64,000 nt of DNA, taken from the NCBI GenBank assembly GCA_038087875.1, contig CM075991.1:3720001-3784000 (forward strand). The letters run 5' to 3'. Below are positions 38,073-50,493 of the stretch, piece after piece (position 1 is the stretch's first letter; every line of letters begins with the position of its first letter). A model generated the notes under the pieces. The model saw nothing but the letters and a program-made list of their open reading frames with translations, did not search any database and was not told the origin of the DNA. The stretch is from Malacoraja senta (taxonomy: Eukaryota). The position numbers and the translations under genes were made by a program.

Positions 38073-38475
38073 AGGGGGGGGGGGGTTGCACATAAGGTCA
38101 CCGGGTCAAAGGGCTTGACGCACGGAGCCGCTCAAATCATCTGGAGGTCAACACAGCTTCCGGTATATGTTGTTAATACACGAAACGCGTACATTCCTTC
38201 CTGTTACAAACCGCCAAAATTGTGAATTCTGCACTGTAAATAATTGTGGAAATCGGGGTAACCGTGAGAGACATTTATCCCACTTCATAATTCTAAAAGT
38301 GAAGAGAAATGAAGGTAAAGAGAAGTGAGAGCTCAAGGGACAACAACTGCTAAAGTGCTTGGCGAACATTGGCCGTGCAGATGTCGAGATTGAAAATATT
38401 GGGAATTATCGCGTTTGCTCACTGCATTTCATCAACAGTAAGGCATTATTAGTATTTTTCTTGCTTCCTTTGGTA
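38073..38475 (+). mobile_element. Truncated second copy of the THAP-carrying MITE
   Basis: Same TIR after AT; THAP remnant FCTVNNCGNR..RVCSLHF; right end missing. Confidence 0.8.
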
Positions 38476-39019
38476 AAGCGAGTAGGCAGAGAGTGGCAAT
38501 TTCCCATGAAATATTATGGGTAGTGTTGTGGTGGTTGACTGCACATGAGAAAGCAGCAGTAGTAATGTCTGAGACACTGAGTCCGGCACTGAGGCACAGC
38601 TGGTTTGGGTGTTCAGATGGGGCTACATTGATGGGAGATGGTGATAGTGACAGTAGACAATAGACAATAGGTACAGGAGTATGCCATTCGGCCCTTCGAG
38701 CCAGCACCACCATTCAATGTGATCATGGCTGATCATCCACAATCAGTACCCCGTTTCTGCCTTCTCCCCATATCCCCTGACTCCGCTATTGTTAAGTATC
38801 CAGCGTATCCGCTGTTGTTAAGTATCCAGAGAACCGGCTTCCACCGCCCTCTGAGGCAGAAAATTCCACACTCACAACTCTCTGTGTGAAAAAGTGTTTC
38901 CCCGTCTTCGTTCTAAAGGGCTTACCCCTTATTCTCAAACTGTGGCCCCTGATTCTGGACTCCCCCAACGTCTGGGACATGTTTCCTGCCTCCAGCGTGT
39001 CCAAACCCTTAATGATCTA

Positions 39020-40330
39020 GTGGAGTCTCGCGAGAAGATTCTGTGGTCGCAAATGGAGCCCAGGGTGTATTTTTGTTTCCTTGGTGCGAGAGTCCAGGAT
39101 ATCCCGCCGTGGTTGCAGAACATTCTTAGGGAGGATGGTGAGCAGCTCGAGGTGGTTGTAGTACCAGAAATACCAACGCCGTAAGTAGGAAGAAGACGGA
39201 AGTCCTGCAGAGTGAATATACGAGGATCAGGAATAAATTAAAAAGCAGGACTTTAATATTGGTAATATCGGGAGTATTCCCTGTGCCTCATGCTACTGAC
39301 TGGAATGTAAGGATAGTTCAGATGAAAGCGTTCTTGAGGAGTTGATGCAGGAGGTGTAGCCGGCCGATTCTAAATCATTGGGATACCTTGTTGAACCTGT
39401 AAGAGGCAAGGGTTTCACCTGGACTGTGCATGTGTGTGTGCGGGGGGTGCGGGGGGGGAGGTAGTGTGGAGGCGAGTGGAGTGGAATCAATATCCTGCGT
39501 GGGAGATTTCCTCGTGCTGTTCTGGAAGGGTTCTCCTCAATGCCAGGAGAAAGAACGGTGGTTTGCTATATATTTATCTCAATGCTATAGACTTAACAGG
39601 GAAAACCGATGAACCCAAGGCATGGTTGGCCTTAGGGACTGTGATATTATTTTCATCACAGAAATATGGCTGAGAGAAGGGCAAGACTGCCAGCTGAATA
39701 TTTCAATGTTGCGAAGCTACATGGGCGATAGAAGTGCAAGTAAGGGAAGACAGATGGGAGGGTTTGCCTTCTTGAAGAATGAGTGCATAACCACAGTACA
39801 CAGAGATACTATTCTGGGGTACCACGCAGAGAGGTACGTGGGCAGAACTTAGAAATAGGAAGGGAATTATCACATTGATAGGGCTGTATTATAGCCCCCC
39901 CTCCCCCTCGTCAGCGCGAACTGGAGGATCAGGTGTATAGGGAGATTTTAAGTTGCTGTAAAATAAAGGGTAACTTTAATGGGCGATTTTAACTTATCTT
40001 ATATTGACCGGGTCTCTCATGACTTAAAGGGGTTGGACGGGGTGTAAGTTATTAAATCTGTTCAAGAAAGTTTTCTTAATCAATATGTAGATGGTGTTAC
40101 TAGATGGGCGCAAAATTAGACTTCTTTGTGAAAAAAGTAGGACATGTGACTGAAATGTCAGTATGGAAGCACCTTGGAGCAGTGAGCATAACTTTTATTA
40201 ATGTTAAAGGTGTTATAGAGAAGGATATGACTGGTGCAAGGTAAAATCTGAAAATGGGGCAGCGCTGATTTTGGTGGCATGAAGCTGGGACCTACATGGG
40301 TGGATTGGGGTAATCTGTATACAACTAACG
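39020..40330 (+). mobile_element. Degenerate CR1 5' region (ORF1 esterase-like + ORF2 endonuclease)
   Basis: CFLGARVQDI..EGEQLEVVV; IYLNA..LTGKTDE; DIIFITEIWL; MGDFNL. Confidence 0.75.
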
Positions 40331-41069
40331 ATGGTAACACGTCTAGCCTACACAGACTAGGGATCATTCACAATTTTATATTGTGAATAAACCCAAGATC
40401 TCGGAGAAAACCCACGCAGTTCAGTTCACGGGCAGAACGTACAAACTCCGTACAGACAGCACCCGTCGTTGTAAGGCAGCAACTCTACAGCTGTGCCACC
40501 GTGCCGCCCCAGTTATTCCAGCACTTCGAGTATTTATCTCTAAATGTTGTAATAAAAATAGTGATCTGTAAAACCGATGAAAAATGTCTTCCACGTGTGA
40601 AAATTCCACCTGTCCAGATCAGGACTTAGTGTGTTTTTGTAATGAGAGCAACAAGAGCAGAGTGAATGAGAACCTATGCTCATTTAATTCTAAATTATAA
40701 AGGTAGAAATGGAATCTTGAAGTGTGCAATTTAGTTTCTAATATTGCATTAGTTATTTCCTAATGTTTGCTATTTGAGCCCCTGTGTAACTAGTTGAACA
40801 GTTCTGCCGGAACAGTCCATGCGTTGGGATAATTTTGCCCAGGTGATCACATATAACTTCCAATTTAGATTTTTGTCTAATAGAGTAAACGTGAAATTGC
40901 GTCCACCGGACAATCCATCACACATCAGCCCAGACAAGTCGCGGGTCTTGTGTGCTGCCATCCTCAATACATTATGAATCTGAATTTATCTGAGGTATGG
41001 CGGTGGCTGTTGGGACAGAGTACATCGGAGTCCGGAGATTATAAACTCTCAAGGGTGAACAGCATCCGA

Positions 41070-41141
41070 AGCTGCAGCTGTTGGTGACTGAAGCCGCGTA
41101 CAAATTCCTGTCGCTGATAGTGAGCAGTTGCAGCTTTTTTT
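41070..41141 (+). ncRNA. Candidate Pol III small hairpin RNA gene (paralogs at 912-981 and 48-92)
   Basis: TATAAA 30 nt upstream; 5' AGCTGCAGCTGTT pairs with 3' AGCAGTTGCAGCT; T7 run immediately after. Confidence 0.35.
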
Positions 41142-41986
41142 CGACATCATGTCAGACAGTGAACTGAGCAAATTTATCAAATGTATCATGTTGGAAAAGC
41201 TTTATAAATTTTACATCCTTAAATCACATCCTTATGTCGAATCAACACTGCTAAATTAAGTGTTTATTACACTTAAACACACACTCTCAGTTTAGTTACC
41301 CACTTACAGCGCGGAAACAGGCCATACGGCCCACCGACCAGCGATCCCCGGACACTGACTAGGGACAATGTACAATTATAGGGACAATCTACAATTATTT
41401 CAAGCCAATTAGATAGGATTGAACCCGGGTCCCTGGCGCTACAAGGCAGCAACTCTACCCTGTACCACTACGCCGCCCTTCGATGGCTATTGACACTGAT
41501 ATACACACACAGTGATGACGTTTAATTTGCTGCTGTTGATCTTCCAATGTGTGACATCATACATCAAATTGACTTTCCAGTTGGGCTGTACAAGTGTCCG
41601 GCGATAAGCTGCAATACATTTTTATCGGGGCATTTTTGCGTCTTCCTTTCTGTTTCTGAAGAGAATCGCAGTTCGTGAGATGTTGCATTTGTATTACATT
41701 TATTTTCACTTCCTCGAATCAGATAACTGTTCAGTGCAGAATTTCGTGACAAGTTACGGTTCAATGCTTCCCGGAATTCATTATTTATGTTTGAACGATT
41801 ACTGTTTGAGTCCTCGCTTAACCACTGGTGCAGACGGAACAGTTAATGTGTTTGGATGATTTTGCTAAGATTAGCACATTTCACTCCCCATTTAGATGTT
41901 TGTCAGTTAAACGTGAAATTGCATCCACTCAACACTGCAGCTTTCGCCAGGCACGGATCATTCTAAAGAGATTATTAATCCGTGCG

Positions 41987-42554
41987 CGGACGTGGCGCCG
42001 ACGGACGAGAGGCCGAAGCAAAGTTGAAGCCAAATAGCCGAATGGAAACGAAGCCGAAACGCCAAATAACTGAAAGCATACGAAGCCGAAACGCCAACGA
42101 ACCGAAAGGCTGCGTCGCCTAAGAGTACACTTACCGAATGGCCGCTCTGCCGAAGCGCCACCTAACCGAAAGGCTGCGTCGCCTGCAAGCCAACTAAGCA
42201 AATGCCGCTCTGCCGAAAAGTCAAATAATAGCTTGTGTTGGAAATGACCCCCACCCTCACGTCTCCACCGGCCAATGATGTGATGGACACGGGGGTCTGG
42301 CACAACCGCTGACAGGTCCCGCCCCCGGCGACATCATGTCTGTTATTTGACTTTTCGGCAGAGCGGCATTCGGTTAGTTGGCTTGTAGGCGAGTAGCCTT
42401 TCGGTTCGTTGGCGTTTCGGCTTCGTATGCTTTTGGTTCGTTGACGTTTCGGCTTCGTATGCTTTCGGTTATTTGGCGTTTCGGCTTCATTTCCATTCGG
42501 CTATTTGGCTTCAAATTCTTTGCTTCGGCTTCTCGTCCTTCGACGCCACGTCCG
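41987..42554. mobile_element. Foldback/MITE with ~240-bp inverted arms made of CCGAA sub-repeats
   Basis: cggacgtggcg..gccgaagcaaag mirrored by ctttgcttcggc..cgccacgtccg; no TSD seen. Confidence 0.8.
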
Positions 42555-43216
42555 GGTACCGTGAACCCTGACCCACTGGGATCTCCAATATGATCCAACA
42601 CAGCCCAGTGATTAGCCTCTGTTCTACCAACAGCAGGTGAGGGGTAAATATTGGCCAGTGTATAGGGGCAGATGCACATAATTCTGAGGAGATCCTTCAC
42701 TCCATCCGTGGAGTAGGTATAATGCTTCAGCTGGTGCTGCATAGGAGCACCCCTTAAGCTGGGGTTGGTCGGGGCATCAACCTGCACTACTCTCAGAAAC
42801 TTGCCCCGCCGAGGAGCAGTCGGGAAGCCTAGTGTGACCAGCTTTCGCGTAGCGCCATGGATATAATGTCCCTGCTCAGTGTCTGCTGTCGGCCGAGTCT
42901 TACTGTTAGATTCGAGAGTGAGAGAGAGTCAAATAGATTACCGTCTGTGTTCTGTGGCTGAAAGAAGCATGTGGATTCCGAAAGCTGAGCCCCGAGGAGC
43001 AGCAGAACGATGCACAGTAGGAGTTTCTGCGGTGAGAAAAGGAAAGAGAGAGAGACCTAGTCAGGCGACGTGGTCAAGTAACTAACACTGCAACATGTCC
43101 CTGTCACTGTCAATGTCACCTCGGAAGGCGGCTGTGCAGCGACTCAAAGGCGCGTTGGGTTGTTTATCGAAAACCAAGCAACAGTCAGGTGCACAAAGCT
43201 GATCCGTACGTACCAT
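42555..43216 (-). pseudogene. MSMB-like copy B, 5' half only (exon 1 ATG 43214-43216; exon 2 42942-43026)
   Basis: KLLLCIVLLLLGAQLSESTCFFQPQNTD with intact splice sites; homology to gene A intron 2 stops at the foldback element at 42554; no exon 3/4 found downstream. Confidence 0.8.
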
Positions 43217-45159
43217 GATCTCTGAACCAGACCGCTTCGCCCTAGTGAATGAGCGGACAGCCTCTGTCCCGCTGCCACCGCCTGCAGACTTCATTCTCCG
43301 CACTCGAGAATCTGCTTTCCAACCTTCGCTTACACTGCCTGTGTCCTATCCATTCAGAAAAGAGGTGGAGTTCCGCTGGTCCAACCTTTCACTTCACTGG
43401 TCTCCGCAACCAGCATATCATCCTTAAAGTCATAAAGCACCGAAGCTGAGCAAGCCTCAAAAAATGCCCTATCTACGCCAGTCCCACCTGCAAGTTTTTA
43501 GCCCAAGTCCGTTTAAACCATTTCTATCCATGGACCCGTCCAAATGTCTTTAATGCTATTGTGCGAACACCTCTCATCTCTCACTGTCCATCTGTAATTG
43601 CTGCTGCTACAAGCTGCGCTTTGTTCTGCCCCTCCCCTCTCCCAGTATCACACAATACCCACCATTACAATCAGTCTGAAGAAATGTCCCGACCTGAATC
43701 GTCACGTATAGTCATAGCGTCATACAATCACACAGCGCAAAAACAGGCTCTTCGACCTAACTTGCCCACACCGACGGACAACTCACTTCTAAACTATTCC
43801 CATCTGCCTGTTTTTGGCCCATATCCATGTGCCTCTCTAATTATTTCCGATGCGTTGGAATACTCGGTACCTCAGCTACCTCCTCTGGCAGCCTGTTCCG
43901 TACACCAACCAGGGTGAAAACGTTACCCCTTAGGTTCCTGTTAAATCTTTCCGTCTTCACCTTAAACCTATGTCCTCTGGTTCTCCATTCCTCTACTCTG
44001 GGCAAGAGAATCCGTGCGTCTATCCGATCAATTCCTCTCATGATGTTATACATCTAAGATCACCCCTCATCGTCTTGCGCCACAAGGAATAGACACACAG
44101 CCTGCTCAGTCTCTCCTAATAAATTCCATTCATTTCCACCAAACATTCCTCAGCTACCTACCCATCCGATCGAGATCCTGCTGCAATGTATTCCCTATCC
44201 ACGTTGTCCAAAGAGGCTTCCGGACCCATCGAGTTACTCCAGCACTCCTTTGTGAAGGTCTCTTTTTTGTCTTAAAAATTGCGTTGTAGTACGTGCATCA
44301 TCTACCTCCTCCGGTTGTACGTTCCATATACCCATCGCCCTCTTTCAGATTCCTATTAGATTCTCTCCTTAAACCTTTGCCCTCAGGACCTTGAAATCCA
44401 TACTTTGGGTAAAATCATCTGTGTATACATCCTATATACCTCCCTTAAGATTTTATCAGTAGTCTGCCCATCTAATCCCACCCTCCCCATTTGATCCTTG
44501 GCAGTTGTCACTACAAACTTAGAAAGTACAAAACTTGAAACTGCACCTCCTACCTCATCCCCGTTCACGGTTCTAAACAGCTCTTCTCGGGCGAGACGGA
44601 GACGCGCGAGCATCTCTCCCAATGCGGCGTGTTTGTTCATCGAATATCAACCAATATCACACAGGAACAGGCTTTCGGGCCACGATGGCTGTATTCAGTA
44701 ATTTTGCCCCTTCATATATCGCTGCTCTTCCTAATCAGTTTCTAATTTTACAATCGTGACCTTTCAAAATTGGAGCGAGTGTAGCCAACTAGACACACAA
44801 GCGTGTTCTGCCCTTCAATACCATCGATGTTAATTTGCTCCAGACAACATTTCGTCCTCTGGGCCAGATCCCGAGTTACCTTAATTCCGCAATCTTTCAA
44901 ACAATGTATATACTTCCTCTTTAAATAGCTCAAATGATCTGAATTCCATCATCCTCGAGGTAGTGAAATGGAAAGATTCGTCGCTCCCTACAAGAATAGT
45001 TCTACACACCTCAGCTTTAAATAGTTGGCTCTGATTCTGTTATTATCATCCTTCGGTTGCGATTGTCAGAAGGCACGTGACTAAGTTCCACGTAAAAGGC
45101 TGATACACAATATGGACGGTGCATTGTATATTAAGAGACGTACACTGCAGTGGAATAAA

Positions 45160-48100
45160 TATTTTACTTCGGAGTCACGTTTGTGACTACGTGAAGAAGA
45201 CCCGTCAGGGCGCATGCGCGTCATTACGTCGGTCGCATTGGCGCACAGACAGCGGGAGGACAGAGCTCCTCCCGATGTAAGTACTTTTAGGGCATTTTTA
45301 AAGAGTTTTAAAGCTCCAGCTAAGTCTGAAACTTGTCAGAAACTTAGCTGGAGTAAAATAAGTTCCTTGACTGTGGTGCTGTGCTCTGTGTTTTGTCACA
45401 GGCAGCACCACGGTGAAGACGATCAGGGGAGGATAGAGCTCCTCCTGTAGCAGGTACTTTTAAAGTACTTTTATAGTTTTAACGCTCCAGCTAAGTGGGA
45501 AGATTAGCTGGAGGGAAAGTTTATTTTGTGGTTCTCTGTGTTTTTTATTACAGGCAGCACCATGATGAAGACGACCAGGGGGAGGGCACCCGCAGGTAAA
45601 GCATAGGAGAGCCTCGGGAATGCGGTCTGTGAGAGGCTGCCTCGTACCCCTGCACAGTCCCCGACCGGGAGCGGGGCGACTTCAGACTGAGTGCTGAAAA
45701 GCACCAAAGCCAACGCCTGTCGGGCGTAAGGCACGGGGAAGTCTGGGAGGCCCTTGGACTCAACTGAGTCAGGCCACAACCAGCCTGTGCGGGGCTGGAG
45801 ACGTTTTTAAACGGTTCTCCCAAATGGAGCACCTCATCCAGAGGTTGCTCCAGAAACGCACACTCCGGGGAGGAGTCGTGTGGGCGGTAGGCTGCAGAAA
45901 GGCCACGCCAGCAGCACCTGGTAGAGGGCTGCTTAAAGCACCCTCATGCATGAGGTAAGTGCAGAGGGTCAGCTAAGGTCTGACCCCGACTCTGATTGAG
46001 ACTTGGAAATAGCGAAGAACGGCCGTTGTCAGAGGTCCTTTCTCTGGCAGCATGATTCGCTGTCCAGTCAGAGTATGGAGTGCCACTGGGAGAAGAGCGG
46101 GCCTCCAAGATAGGGTCAGCTCAGTTCTGACCCGATTCTGAAGGAGACTTTTTTGAATAGCGAAGAGAGGCCGTTGTCAGAGTTCCCATCTCTGGCAGTA
46201 CGATTCGCTGTCCAGTCAGAGTCTGGAAACACCAAGAGACGGGGTAACTGCGAGTTGCTGAAGGTGCCAGCAGTGAACCGGGTGATATGGAGCCAGATGG
46301 GCGTGGGCTTGCAGTGCCCAGGAGATGAAGCTGCAGAGAATCCTGAAATTACTTGGCTCGGGAATCACGGCATTCGCGAGAACAGTGGATGGAGGGCATG
46401 TGTGGGAGACACAGCAAGAGGTACTAGGGTTGCTTTGTAGCACCCATTTTTGAGATAAATTGTCTCAGGGAAAGTGCCATTCGGCCCACCATTAATTCCA
46501 AGGTTGCAGTATTTTTCCAGCCTAGCAACATACAGCCAGCAAACCTACTCTTCGGAGAGGACCTCGCCAAGAGTGTCAAGGACATGGACGGCGAGGCAAA
46601 GACGGTGGGCTTGATCAAGCCACCGGCAGTCGGCAACTTTTCAAAAGAAAGTACCCCTACAAACGAAGTGGGAACATGGTCATACATCCACCAGGTACCA
46701 AGGAGGTAGGTGGGCCTGGTTCTCAGGTGCACATATCAAATGTGACACAACTTAAACTGGGGTACATTACATCTGTTTCTGGGATGAATGGAAGCAAATT
46801 ACCTTAGCTCTGTTTATACAGAGTGTTATTCAAAGGTTTCGAATGAATTTCAATCCAAATTGTGATTTGCACATTCAGCATGTTCTTGGTAGAACTATTC
46901 AGTTTTCATTAACAGAACAGATGGATGTCCAGACTGCACTTGCAAGCTTATGTGATAAAGGTGTAATTATAAGTTTGTTCACCAACCCATCAATTTGTGT
47001 CTAATATTTTCCTAGGCCAAAAAAGGATGGGGGATGTAGTATAGACATTGTAAGATGGAATTGTCACTGCCAAGCAACTGGGCAAGAGGATGCTATATGG
47101 CGACTCTAGAGCTTAAAGATGCGCATTACTCAATGTCTGTTTAATTGCAGGATATTTGAAATTCATCTGGATGGATCAACTATGGCAACAAAATTGTTAA
47201 AACCTATAATAGGCATGCTGAAAGGCCAGGGTACAGGTGTTCATGGCTTATCTCGATGATATCTTGATTACAGGGGTATCCAAGAGAACAGCTGAAGTAA
47301 CAGGTGATAGTTGTTAAATCCAATTTTCAAAGATTGGGCATTAGCCATCCAGAGGAATCCAAATTAACACCTGACTATTTGGGTCACAATTGATTCAATT
47401 AAGTGACTCTGCCCAGGGAAAAAGGGTAGAGCTAATTGAGGCATTAAGGATACATTCGGGTCATTATAATAGACCTATGCAGTTATCAGTAAAGGCTATT
47501 TCTGATTTGCAATGGTGGATTCACCATGTGTCCAGAGGTTATAGCAAGGTAATGCTTGACCAGCCTTTCAGGATTTTGCAGATGAATGTCAGTGCACTCG
47601 GGTGAGGTGTCACGTATTCGAGTTTCAGCTGTGGAGGCAGATGGACTGAGCAAGAGGCATCGTTTCTGCAGACATGGGCAATTAACTATAAAGAGGCTAA
47701 TAGCTCTAACAAATGTAATCTGCATGTTCAGTTTCAGATTGACAATAATATGCAAGTGGCATATACATTAATGTGACAGGTTGGCTAATCACATTTGGGC
47801 TGGTGCATGGAAAAATATATTTCAGCTATTTATCTACCAGGTAGATTCTACATAGTAGCAGATGCCAAGTCACGAAAGTTCCATGACAACATAGATTGGA
47901 TGTTGAACCAGGAGGTGTTCAATAATATAGTACTTGTATATGAATGCCAGATATCGATTTGTTTTGCATCAAGGTTCAACCATCAGCAGCCTAAATAGGT
48001 TTCATGGAAACCAGACCAGGTGGCAGTTGCAATTGATACTTTGACGTTACATTGGGGTGGTATGTTTTATATATTTTCCTACCATTTTGCCCAATAGGTC

Positions 48101-49819
48101 GGAGTCTACAAGAAATCAAGCAGGATGCCGCTTTGAGGGTGCTTGTAATACCTAATTGGCCGAATCAAGCATGGTTCCCTTTGATGTTACAGTTAGGGAT
48201 CCAACCTCTTTTTGGTGGTTCCCAAGCGTAGGAAATGACAGGAGCATCCGCTTACAAGGGAAAGTCATCTGTTATGTGATTGTATTGACTTGTTAGTTTG
48301 CAGGTTTTAAGAAGGCCATACCTGAAGCAAGGACTGTCTGGGTGAACGGTGGACATGCTCACTGTAGCCTGGAGAAAGAGTACTCAAAAGGGGTATATTA
48401 CTTATGTAAAAAAATGGGAGCAATATTGTGTACAAAATAATATTGACTATAGTACTGCAGGTATTGTGGATATTTTAGAGTTCCTGTTGACATTCTACGA
48501 TGATGAGGGGCTCAGTTATAGCACCATTAATACAGCTTTAAGTGCTTTGTCATCGTATGGTTTTGATGGGGTCAGGAAAGATCCTATTGAGTTTCATCAT
48601 ATCATAGCTGGATTGATGAAAGGAATTTCAACTCTAAACTTCCTAAACCCAGGTATATGGCGATCTGGGATGTAAGTGTGTTCCTCAAGATTCTTCGACA
48701 GTAGGTTCCTGTCATGTCGCTGAATTTGCCAGACTAATCATGAAAGTGGTTATGCTCTTGGCATTGGTTCAGCATAGCAAGTGCAGATTTTGCAAAAACT
48801 TCTGCTAGACAGGATGGAAGTTGCGGAAGAGAATGTTATGTTATATAATTGCGTACTGCTTAAGCAGAGCAGGCCAGGTGTCACAGGTTTGTGAAAATTG
48901 TGTTTCAGCATAACCTACTGATCCATGTTTATGTGTAATGGCACATTTATTTTCATTATATTGAAGCTATAAAGACCTTAAGAAATGTGGAAACAGCATT
49001 GTTTATCAGTTACATGAAGCCACACAGGAGAGTATTAGTGCAGACTATCTCAAGGTGGTTTAAAGCAAATGTTGATTAAGGCAGGTATTAACACTGAAGT
49101 GTATATATCCTTTTTTCCACTAGTGCAGCAGCAACGTCGTCGGCTAGGACGATGGATGTTCACAGCGGCCATATTTTTATTGGTGCCGGGTGGTCAAATG
49201 AATTTTTTTTTTAATTAAAAAAAAAAAAAAAAAAAAATTAATTCGACCATCGGCCGATCGCCGATCGGAGAGAGGCTGTTTGCAAATTCATTAAGTCCTG
49301 TTTAGTTTCCTCTGGGATAGAGGGGTTACTGGTTGTTTTGATTATTCAAATCAATTGTTACTGCATGATATTCACATTTCATGTTTAACGCATTATTCAT
49401 TGTTTCTCATCGAAAGTCAATCAATGCAGTGAGAAGCCGGGATTTGGATCTGCGGCATAAAATCACAGATCTTTGAACCCTTCACGTAGTCACAAACGTG
49501 ACTCCGAAGTAAAATAGTAAGATTAAACGAGAACTTACCAAGTTTGAAGTTTGATCTTTATTTTATGACGGGTTACGTTGGTGATTACGTGCCCGCCACG
49601 CCCAACCCTCTCTCATAAAAAAGGTCATATGGTAGTTCTCATGTTGCTCATCTTAATATGTTACTTCAAATATTGTGTTATCTGTGATTTCATACCGCTG
49701 CTTTGAAGATTGACGCGCATGCGCCCTGACGGGACTTCTTCACGTAATCACCAACGTATCTCTTCATAAAATAAAGATCAAACTTCAAACTTGGTAAGTT
49801 CTCGTTTAATTTTACTATT
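45160..49819 (+). mobile_element. DIRS-type tyrosine-recombinase retrotransposon, full span but degenerate ORFs
   Basis: Left ITR 45160-45222; ICR 49480-49591 complementary to both ends; right ITR plus extension 49711-49819; RT remnants FLRPKKDGG and MAYLDDILI (~47245); methyltransferase-like FASRFNHQ..PNWPNQAWFP; YR N-terminus AWRKSTQKGY..GLSYSTINTALSALS (48349-48675). Confidence 0.93.
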
Positions 49820-50363
49820 CTTTATCACATTAACAATGGGTGACGTTTTGGGTCTGAAGAAGGGTCTAGAGCCGTAACGTCACCCATTCCTTCTCTCCAC
49901 AGATGCCGTCTGTCCCATTGAGTTCCTGCAGCGTTTTACATCTACCTTGGGACAATGCACTACCTCACACCATTCCAGCTTGGAAAAGATCTCCATTGTT
50001 AATGTGATAAACAATATTTAATCCACGACAGTGCATTTCTGAAAACCCTGTACAGGCAATCAGTAACTGGTATTACATGACATTTGGACGTGTCCATGGT
50101 TTCTAAAGATTTGGAGGGATATGGGCCATTGCAGGCAGATGGGACTAGCGCTGATGGGGCATGTTGGTCAGCATACAAGAGGACTCTGATAGGTGAGCAG
50201 CGAGAGGCAGTAGAGCGATGGCCAGTAGAAGATGACGGCAGAATAGGTTCTGTATATGTTTATTGTGATGCAAGAGCCATTACATTATTCTCAAGAGTCA
50301 ATGCTCCTGTATCCCATTGATGAATGTCTCCACGTTGAAAGGGAGCTGTCTGTTTATTCCAGC

Positions 50364-50493
50364 TCATTTCCCAACAACTCCATCTATTACACATTCGACA
50401 GCCCGGTCATTCTTCAAATTGACTTGAAACGAACAAGTATGAATATCGAAAGTTATCACACAATCTTCCGGGACACCAAGTGGCATAAAATAC
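50364..50493 (-). CDS. MSMB: MSMB-like gene A exon 4
   Basis: tattccccag acceptor; YFMPLGVPEDCVITFDIHTCSFQVNLKNDRAVECVIDGVVGK*; AATAAA on minus strand at 50259-50264. Confidence 0.92.

Noticed and set aside
41084..41120. SECIS or C/D-box snoRNA reading of the hairpin cassette (TGA..AAA..TGA)
   Set aside because: Box C and the SECIS quartet are imperfect, and there is no selenoprotein UTR or host intron context
43215..43449. Near-identical plus-strand ORFs at 43215 and 54567 (MISEPDRF...)
   Set aside because: Antisense to MSMB exon 1/promoter plus a Penelope remnant; similarity reflects recent duplication
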